DNA of 64,000 bases. Origin: Thermodesulfobacteriota bacterium. Lineage in GTDB: Bacteria > Desulfobacterota_D > UBA1144 > Nemesobacterales > UBA2774. The stretch covers positions 277,681-341,680 of the forward strand of contig OY729416.1 in the NCBI GenBank assembly GCA_963422265.1. The letters run 5' to 3'. A program made the translations under genes and the position numbers. Of the stretch, positions 57,136 through 64,000 are shown piece after piece (position 1 is the first letter of the stretch; every line of letters starts with the position of its first letter). The notes below the pieces were generated by a model. It had not been told where the DNA came from, ran no database searches, and saw nothing but the letters and a program-made list of their open reading frames with translations.

Positions 57136-58803
57136 TTGAACGCTGCTGTTTTAGCCGTCTTCGTAATTATTTTATATTTCCTAGGTTACCGCTACTATTC
57201 TAAGTTCATTGCTACAAAGGTTTTTCAACTTTCGGATGATGAGGTTACCCCAGCCCACAAAGTAAACGACGGGGTTGACTTTGTCCCTACTAATAAACAC
57301 GTGCTATTCGGACACCATTTTGCGTCCATTGCTGGGGCAGCACCGATAATAGGTCCCGCAATCGCCGTATTCTGGGGGTGGCTTCCCGCCATAGTCTGGG
57401 TTGTTTTGGGCACCATTTTTATGGGAGCGGTGCACGATTTCAGTACCCTCGTAATATCTGCAAGAAAAGGAGGAGGATCAATAGGAAGCCTTGCCGGAAC
57501 TTTAGTAAACCACAGGGCTAGGACTCTCTTTTTACTAATCGTATATTTTCTGGTTTTTTTTGTTATAGCAGTATTCGCTTATGCAATAGCGTCTTTGTTT
57601 GTTAGCTTTCCCACCAGCGTTTTGCCTGTTAATTTCCAGATTTTAGTAGCTGTTATCATCGGTTTTTTATTTCATAAAAGAGGGATGCCTATTTTGTATC
57701 CGTCAATCTTTGCGCTGATAAGTCTCTACATTATGATATGGGTAGGCGCTAGACTACCTATTGAAATACCATCTTTAATGGGAAGTCAGGTTGTAACTTG
57801 GTTATTACTTCTTATGGTTTACTCGTTTATAGCTTCGGTACTTCCCGTATGGACGTTGCTTCAGCCACGGGACTATATAAATGGTCATCAACTTTTTTTA
57901 GGCCTCGGACTTTTGCTTGTAGGTCTTCTGGTAGCGCAGCCCGAAATGCAGGCTCCTGCTTTTAATAGGAATGCTGAAGGGGGGATTCCTATTTTTCCAT
58001 TCATATTCGTCACTATAGCGTGCGGGGCTATAAGTGGCTTCCACGGGCTTGTATCTAGTGGCACTACTTCAAAGCAGCTTAACCGTATTGGTGATTCAAG
58101 GATAATAGGTTACGGTGGGATGTTAGGTGAGGGGACGCTTGCGATGATAGCGACGCTTGCCGTTGCGGCTGGCATCGCCAAAGGGGATTGGCTCAATCAC
58201 TATAAAAGCTGGGAAATCGCCGCTAAAGGTGGCATCAGTAATTTTGTAGAAGGCGCGTCTACTTTCTTGCGCGCTCTAAGCTTGCCAGAGACTTTTTCTC
58301 AAACCCTAATGAGCGTTATAGTCATAAGCTTTGCTGCAACCTCGCTTGACACAGCGACCCGAATTCAAAGATTGATATTGGGAGAGCTTGGAACCGCATA
58401 CAAGATAGAGCCCCTTAAAAACCGCTACGTCGGTTCTCTGCTTGCGGTTGTTCCTGCTCTGATACTTGCTCTGATGGCTCAGGCTCCTGGCAAAGGGCTG
58501 GGGTCAGGTGGTTTTTTACTATGGCCACTTTTTGGCGCTACTAACCAATTAGTGGCTGGGCTCTCCTTAATGGTAGTAACGATTTATCTCTGGAGATCTG
58601 GACGCTCAGTTCTCTATACTCTAATACCTATGGTTTTTCTAGTACTAGTGACTGTAGCTTCTATGGTTTGGAACTTTAAGGCTTTCTCAAATACCCCCCT
58701 TTTGCTAGTTCTATCCGCTATTGTGCTCGCTCTTTCCCTCTGGATCGTGCTGGAAGCATTTTTGGTTTATAAAGAACAGAGAAACCAGTTTACAGACCCG
58801 TAA
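57136..58803 (+). CDS. cstA: Carbon starvation protein A (CstA) family transporter
   Basis: TTG start after an aaaggaggg RBS. FGHHFASIAGAAPIIGPAIAVFWGWLPA signature. Confidence 0.85.
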   Translation: MNAAVLAVFVIILYFLGYRYYSKFIATKVFQLSDDEVTPAHKVNDGVDFVPTNKHVLFGHHFASIAGAAPIIGPAIAVFWGWLPAIVWVVLGTIFMGAVHDFSTLVISARKGGGSIGSLAGTLVNHRARTLFLLIVYFLVFFVIAVFAYAIASLFVSFPTSVLPVNFQILVAVIIGFLFHKRGMPILYPSIFALISLYIMIWVGARLPIEIPSLMGSQVVTWLLLLMVYSFIASVLPVWTLLQPRDYINGHQLFLGLGLLLVGLLVAQPEMQAPAFNRNAEGGIPIFPFIFVTIACGAISGFHGLVSSGTTSKQLNRIGDSRIIGYGGMLGEGTLAMIATLAVAAGIAKGDWLNHYKSWEIAAKGGISNFVEGASTFLRALSLPETFSQTLMSVIVISFAATSLDTATRIQRLILGELGTAYKIEPLKNRYVGSLLAVVPALILALMAQAPGKGLGSGGFLLWPLFGATNQLVAGLSLMVVTIYLWRSGRSVLYTLIPMVFLVLVTVASMVWNFKAFSNTPLLLVLSAIVLALSLWIVLEAFLVYKEQRNQFTDP

Positions 58804-58927
58804 GAACAAAGCTAGGTTGATTTGTCAGTAAGTCGTAGGTCTTTCCTTTCAGTGGCTACGAGCCTTACTTTAGCAGACTCAAGATACCAAGTTGACCCCA
58901 ATGTGGAGTCTTGCTATCATTTTCTAA

Positions 58928-59998
58928 ATGCGCACCGGATATGCCCAGCTTTCACTTCACGGGGGAAAAGCTCCCAAGTGGCTCTTTAACCGTATGATTA
59001 GACTCTCAAGAGAGATTGTTTGCCATATAGTGTCTGAATACGGTGCGAATGAAGTTCTCGTCCGTCTTTCAGATCCGCACTGGTTTCAGGCTTTGGGGTG
59101 CGTTTTAGGTTTTGACTGGCATTCAAGCGGCGTCACTACGACCACGTGCGGAGCTATAAAGGAGGGCATAAAAGGACTTGAGGAAGAACTCGGTCTATTC
59201 GCGGCGGGTGGTAAGGGTAAAGCATCGCGCAGGACGCCCGATGAAATAGCCCAGGCCTCTGATAAGTTGTCCAGCAAGTCAGATAACCTTGTGTATGCAA
59301 GCAGTTTATCCGCTAAAGTTGATAGCTCAGCCGTTCAGGACGGTTATCAACTCTATCATCATAGCTTCTTTTTTTCGAGCAGTGGCGAGTGGTGCGTTGT
59401 TCAGCAGGGTTTTAACGATGCCGCTCGGTCGGCAAGAAGATACCATTGGCTCAGCAGTAGGCTGGACAGCTTCGTCAATGAGCCTCACGCTGCTATATGC
59501 AGCAATTATCGATCAAAGACCCTTGACCTTGTATCCCAAGAGAGTTTGGAAACCAGAAAGGCAGTTACGGAGATTGCACGGCAGCCTGATAAGGGGGTGC
59601 TCAAGGACGTTGGGCATTTACCAGAGCTTATAATGCCAAGCTATCACGGGATTAACTTAACTGACATTAACCCCAAGTATCTTAATAAGGTTTTGTTAAA
59701 GACTTACGAGAAAAAGCCAGAGAATTTTGAAGGGCTTCTTAGCATAAATGGGGTTGGACCCAAGACGCTTCGCGCGCTTACTCTTACATCAGAGCTTATA
59801 TACGGTACGAAAGCAAGCGTTAATGACCCTGCAAGATTTTCATTCGCTCATGGTGGCAAGGACGGTACTCCTTTCCCCGTAAATAGGGAAACTTACGAGA
59901 TTAGCATATCAGTGCTTCACGATGCCCTTAGAAGAGCTAAAATAGGCAGAAGTGAAAGGCTTGGAGCAATAAGAAGGTTGTCCAAACTGCAAGTATGA
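58928..59998 (+). CDS. DUF763 family protein
   Basis: LHGGKAPKWLFNRM N-terminal signature. Confidence 0.7.
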   Translation: MRTGYAQLSLHGGKAPKWLFNRMIRLSREIVCHIVSEYGANEVLVRLSDPHWFQALGCVLGFDWHSSGVTTTTCGAIKEGIKGLEEELGLFAAGGKGKASRRTPDEIAQASDKLSSKSDNLVYASSLSAKVDSSAVQDGYQLYHHSFFFSSSGEWCVVQQGFNDAARSARRYHWLSSRLDSFVNEPHAAICSNYRSKTLDLVSQESLETRKAVTEIARQPDKGVLKDVGHLPELIMPSYHGINLTDINPKYLNKVLLKTYEKKPENFEGLLSINGVGPKTLRALTLTSELIYGTKASVNDPARFSFAHGGKDGTPFPVNRETYEISISVLHDALRRAKIGRSERLGAIRRLSKLQV

Positions 59999-60199
59999 TC
60001 TTGTTTTTATTATATAAGAAGGAAAGCCGAACTTGAAAGAATACTCCCTAGCCTTCCTTCACAAAAAAAAGGGGGGGGAACATCTCATCAATCACTAAGT
60101 TTTTCAAAGTGGTTGGGGAGGGTGTTTATCCATCTCTTAAATGTCCTTCGAAGTGAGTTTAGCCTCTTCTATACTCGTCCCATAATATATAACGTTGGC

Positions 60200-61195
60200 T
60201 TACTCTAGTTTACTAAAAACTTCGTTTATAGATGATGCGACGGAGTTGTGAAGAGTGCCGTTTGTTGCTAAGATCCCCGTATTGTTAAAGAGCGTCCTTC
60301 CTAAGGAAAAGTCCAAATCCTTGCCAAAAATGTCAGTTACCTTTCCCCCGGCTTCTTTAACTATTATACTACCTGCCGCATGATCCCAAATTTTCTCCTC
60401 GTAGTCTTTCTTTGTAGGCAGCCTGAGGTATATGGAAGCGTCCCCCCTTGCAATAACCGCGTATTTACATTGACTGTCAATTCTTATAAATTCTCTCTCA
60501 ACTCCAAGCATTTTGGCAATCCTTTCCGAGTCGCCGTGTGACGAGTGCTCTGATTCTACAGATTCACAAAAAAGGGCATCCTTTGCGTTGTTAGTAAAAG
60601 ATACTCTGACCTTGGTCGCATTACCTCCGTCAAGAAGTTCTAGTATAGAGCCTTGTCCTTTTACCGCGCTTATGACGCAGCCCCTTATGCTATTAGGATC
60701 GTGCACGTCCAGAGGTAGGCTAGGACATCCTAACACGCCTAAGACGACCTCTCCGTTTTCTATAAGGGCTAGTGCGACTGCATATTGGTCACCCCTCAAG
60801 AAACCTTTCGTTCCGTCTATTGGGTCAAGCGTCCAGAACCTCCCCCCTGTCCCTCCGCAGTGGTTACCACTATCTATTAGTTCCAGCATCTCTTCCTCGT
60901 CGATATCCGGCGTCACTGCGTTTACGTGTCTCAGTATTTCCGCTCTTAGTATTTTAGCTTTTTCCGTTCTTAGCTCTGACGAGTCTTCTTCTCCTACGAT
61001 AGGGTCTCTCGAGAAAGTCTTTTTAAGCTCGTGGCAAATCACGGCTTGCGCTCCAAAATCGGCAATCGTAACGGGGGAGTTATCCTTCTTTGTAATGATG
61101 TCTTGAGACTCCCTTTCCGATTGAAAGTCAATACAAATGCGACATGCTTTAATTACGGCGCCAATTGCCACTCTCCGCTCTACGTTGTATAGCAT
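60200..61195 (-). CDS. cysQ: 3'(2'),5'-bisphosphate nucleotidase / inositol monophosphatase family (HAL2/CysQ-like)
   Basis: WTLDPIDGTKGF and VLGVLGCPSL metal-binding motifs. Confidence 0.8.
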   Translation of the reverse strand: MLYNVERRVAIGAVIKACRICIDFQSERESQDIITKKDNSPVTIADFGAQAVICHELKKTFSRDPIVGEEDSSELRTEKAKILRAEILRHVNAVTPDIDEEEMLELIDSGNHCGGTGGRFWTLDPIDGTKGFLRGDQYAVALALIENGEVVLGVLGCPSLPLDVHDPNSIRGCVISAVKGQGSILELLDGGNATKVRVSFTNNAKDALFCESVESEHSSHGDSERIAKMLGVEREFIRIDSQCKYAVIARGDASIYLRLPTKKDYEEKIWDHAAGSIIVKEAGGKVTDIFGKDLDFSLGRTLFNNTGILATNGTLHNSVASSINEVFSKLE

Positions 61196-61227
61196 TTGAT
61201 TCTCCTATGACTGTTAACTTACGGCTC

Positions 61228-64000
61228 TTATTTGACTTTGGCTTTATATATCCACTGCGAGGCGCGTGTTTTCGCGTCTAAAACAAGACTGAACACGGAA
61301 GGAACCAAAATTAGAGTGAACATGGTCGATACGATGAGACCGCCTACGACAACGCTTCCAAGCCCCCTGTAGAACTCCGATCCCGATCCCGGCAGTAGTA
61401 TTAGGGGGATCATGCCAAACACGCTTGTAGTAGTACTCATGAATATGGGCCTTATACGTGTTTTTACCGACTCACTTATGGCTTCTTCGTATCCTACTCC
61501 ATGCTCTTTTACGTTGTTAAGAGCCTGATGAACTATAAGAATTGCATTATTAACGACGATCCCTATTAATATGATGAACCCAAGCATGGTTAGCACATTG
61601 AGCGGCATGTATGTGAAGAGGTTCAGTATAAGAAGTCCCAAGAATCCACCGAACGAAGCCAGTGGCACGCTGAGCATAATGACAAAGGGGTAAACAAAGC
61701 TTTCAAACAAAGATGCCATCAGGAGGAATGCGATCATAGCCGCCAGTAGAAAATTCCATTGAAGCGCCTGTCTAGTTACAGTGAGATCATCGGCTGACCC
61801 TGTGAGAATTGCGTTGTATGCCCTGCCTAAGTCCCCCTTTTCTCTGAGCGGGATCAGTATTTCATCGTTTATTAGCTCTATTGCACTTTCAAGTGCCATT
61901 TGCTCAGGGGGCACAACTGAGATAGCTATAGTTCTTTGACGCTCGTAGTGGTTTATCTGCTCGGGTCCGGTCGTAAAAATTACATCGGCTACCGAGCCTA
62001 GACTTACCATCTTGCCACTTTCCGTATTTATGACAAGGTCTTTAATCTCGTCCGTGCTGCTTGAGTACTTATCTTCTCCCCTTAGAGTAAGGTCTATCTC
62101 GTCGCCATCAATCTGGTAATTGCTTACTATCGTGCCATCTACAAGGACGTTCAGCAAAAAACCTAGCTCTTCATTTGTTATACCTAAATCAGCCGCGCGC
62201 TTTCCTTTAAGCTTTAGCTGCACCTCGGGATTGCCTAGATCGAGACTTGGGATCGGGCGAACCTGAGCCTCTGGTATTTTCTGCATAGCGGTAAAGAATA
62301 CGTTTTGGGCAATCCCCACGAGCTTTCCAAGCTCAGGTCCCGTTATCTGGACGTTTATGGCTCTTCCCTCACCTATCCCTCTTTGAAATATGCTTGACTG
62401 GGATACAATTGCTATCATACCCGGTATTTTACTAAGAGAACTCTGCATTACCGGTATTATCTCGCGTATTCTATCGGGCTCTTTTACCCGCGCCCCCATG
62501 AAAGCTTGACGTCCTGTCGCTACGTAAAAGAAGTTTTTAATCGGGGGTCCGTCGAGCCTTGCGGCTTCATCCGAACCGACTTCTGCTTCCCAATACTGCC
62601 GCAGATCTTCTTCTATTCCCTTGCCGATATTGGTAAATTCTTCAACGTTGTATCCCGGCGGCGGTATTAGTATTCCAAATACCAAATTCCTGTTGCCTTC
62701 AGGCAGATATTCCGCTTTGGGTATCATTACTAAACTCAAGATAATTGCCCCAAAGGTAAAACCGCACACCACAGCTATCTTGGTGAGCGTATTCGAGAGT
62801 ATGTGGCTTACTAGGCTTGAAATGCTATTCGCTAGCGCTTCTGCTTTCTGGGTTAAGCCCCATAGGTTTGAGAAGTTCCAGCCCGGTCTCCTTGTAGCTA
62901 CGTTAAGGATCTTAGCTGAGATAGAGGGTATTACAGTTATAGAGACTATGAGACTTAATACTACGGATACGCTGATGGCGATTGCAATGTCACGGAAAAG
63001 TTGTCCTGCCTGATCTTTTACGAATATCACTGGAATGAACACTGCGGCAGTGGTTAGCGTGCTAGCGAGTACCGCTCCCCATACCTCAGTTGTGCCATCA
63101 TAAGCCGCTTGAACTCGCGATTTACCCATCTGCATGTGTCGGTAAACGTTCTCAAGCACGACAATTGAGTTATCTATTATCATTCCGACGGCAAATGCCA
63201 TACCGGCTAAGCTGATCACGTTTATTGTTCTTCCGAGAAAAGCCATCATTACAAACGTTCCGATTATGCTTATCGGTATAGCGATAGCTACGGTAAGGGT
63301 GCTGCTTGCGCTTCTTAAGAATAGAAGGAGGACGGCTATGGCTAACAGCCCGCCTATAATAATGTTCTGCTGAACTAGGTCAATTGCATTTATTATGTAG
63401 CCTGTTTCCTCATAGACGTTAAATAGGGTGAGATTTCTTTCTTTCAATTCTCCTTCATTGAGTTCTTTCATCGCTTGCATGATGCTTGACATGACTTCAA
63501 TTGTATTTGCCCCGCTTTCCTTCACGACGTTTACCGCGATTGAAGGCTCACCGTTCTGTCTTACTGCATGCTCAGGGTCTTTATAGCCTAGCCTTACGCG
63601 GGCTACATCGCCTACGTAAACCGGGGAGCCGTTTCTGTTGGCAATAACGACCTTTTCAATATCTTTGGGTGATTGATATTCACCAACGGTCCTTACTATG
63701 TAACGTCTCTTACCCTCGTCGAACTTTCCAGCGCTGTAGTTATCGTTCTCGGCGTTGATTGCATGCGCCATTTGCTGAATGGTGATTCTTCTCGAAGCGA
63801 GCGCGTTCGAATCTACGATGACCTGCATTTCACGCTCATAACCGCCATAAACATTGGAAGAGCCGACCCCAGAAACGCGCTCGAATCTAGGTTTAATAAA
63901 ATCCTCGGCAAAGTCGCGAAACTGATAAATGTCAATATCCTGCTGCTCTTTATCGGGTTTTAGAATGAACCATGCCATAGCGCTTGACGTAACGTCCGTG
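61228..64000 (-). CDS. RND-family multidrug efflux transporter, AcrB-like. Truncated at the window edge: the N-terminal ~110 aa lie beyond 64000.
   Basis: 916-aa ORF. No in-frame stop upstream before the window end. Confidence 0.9.
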   Translation of the reverse strand, partial: TDVTSSAMAWFILKPDKEQQDIDIYQFRDFAEDFIKPRFERVSGVGSSNVYGGYEREMQVIVDSNALASRRITIQQMAHAINAENDNYSAGKFDEGKRRYIVRTVGEYQSPKDIEKVVIANRNGSPVYVGDVARVRLGYKDPEHAVRQNGEPSIAVNVVKESGANTIEVMSSIMQAMKELNEGELKERNLTLFNVYEETGYIINAIDLVQQNIIIGGLLAIAVLLLFLRSASSTLTVAIAIPISIIGTFVMMAFLGRTINVISLAGMAFAVGMIIDNSIVVLENVYRHMQMGKSRVQAAYDGTTEVWGAVLASTLTTAAVFIPVIFVKDQAGQLFRDIAIAISVSVVLSLIVSITVIPSISAKILNVATRRPGWNFSNLWGLTQKAEALANSISSLVSHILSNTLTKIAVVCGFTFGAIILSLVMIPKAEYLPEGNRNLVFGILIPPPGYNVEEFTNIGKGIEEDLRQYWEAEVGSDEAARLDGPPIKNFFYVATGRQAFMGARVKEPDRIREIIPVMQSSLSKIPGMIAIVSQSSIFQRGIGEGRAINVQITGPELGKLVGIAQNVFFTAMQKIPEAQVRPIPSLDLGNPEVQLKLKGKRAADLGITNEELGFLLNVLVDGTIVSNYQIDGDEIDLTLRGEDKYSSSTDEIKDLVINTESGKMVSLGSVADVIFTTGPEQINHYERQRTIAISVVPPEQMALESAIELINDEILIPLREKGDLGRAYNAILTGSADDLTVTRQALQWNFLLAAMIAFLLMASLFESFVYPFVIMLSVPLASFGGFLGLLILNLFTYMPLNVLTMLGFIILIGIVVNNAILIVHQALNNVKEHGVGYEEAISESVKTRIRPIFMSTTTSVFGMIPLILLPGSGSEFYRGLGSVVVGGLIVSTMFTLILVPSVFSLVLDAKTRASQWIYKAKVK

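Overview
This is a 64 kb window from an unidentified bacterium. Housekeeping genes run at about 45-48% GC and there is no Neisseria uptake sequence. The core content is ordinary and strongly conserved: hisS; a class II fumarase/aspartase; the rimP-nusA-infB-DUF503-rbfA-nrnA-truB-rpsO-pnp block; miaA; ccmH with a TlpA-like thioredoxin; an SDR; Mrp/ApbC with a DUF59 protein; a pterin cluster (PTPS, QueD, folE); hemA-hemC; a DnaQ-like exonuclease fused to a WYL domain; initiator tRNA-Met; cstA; DUF763; a CysQ/HAL2-like phosphatase; and a partial RND efflux pump. The accessory content is the interesting part. (1) A ~19.3 kb C-rich, ultra-repetitive locus (26270-45618) encodes a giant secreted adhesin-like protein of about 6,400 aa if contiguous: signal peptide, Ig/Calx-like domains, 11 FN3 domains, about 36 copies of a 95-aa repeat, a cadherin-like domain and a C-terminal autotransporter-like beta-barrel. 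A 22-nt poly-C tract sits just upstream. The reading frame is broken in several places, and one segment carries many deletions (and no substitutions) relative to neighbouring repeat copies. Codon usage shifts sharply along the gene. (2) A low-GC putative Type II restriction-modification pair (48523-50362) has a PD-(D/E)XK nuclease gene broken at an A7 tract. (3) A repeat-rich non-coding stretch at 4.1-6.6 kb holds REP/NIME-like palindromes, a small RHH gene module, and a 170-bp element with GAAAAG iterons. A second, inverted copy of that element lies at 45.8 kb, so the pair brackets a ~40 kb segment that includes the giant gene. No transposase, integrase or CRISPR array is present.
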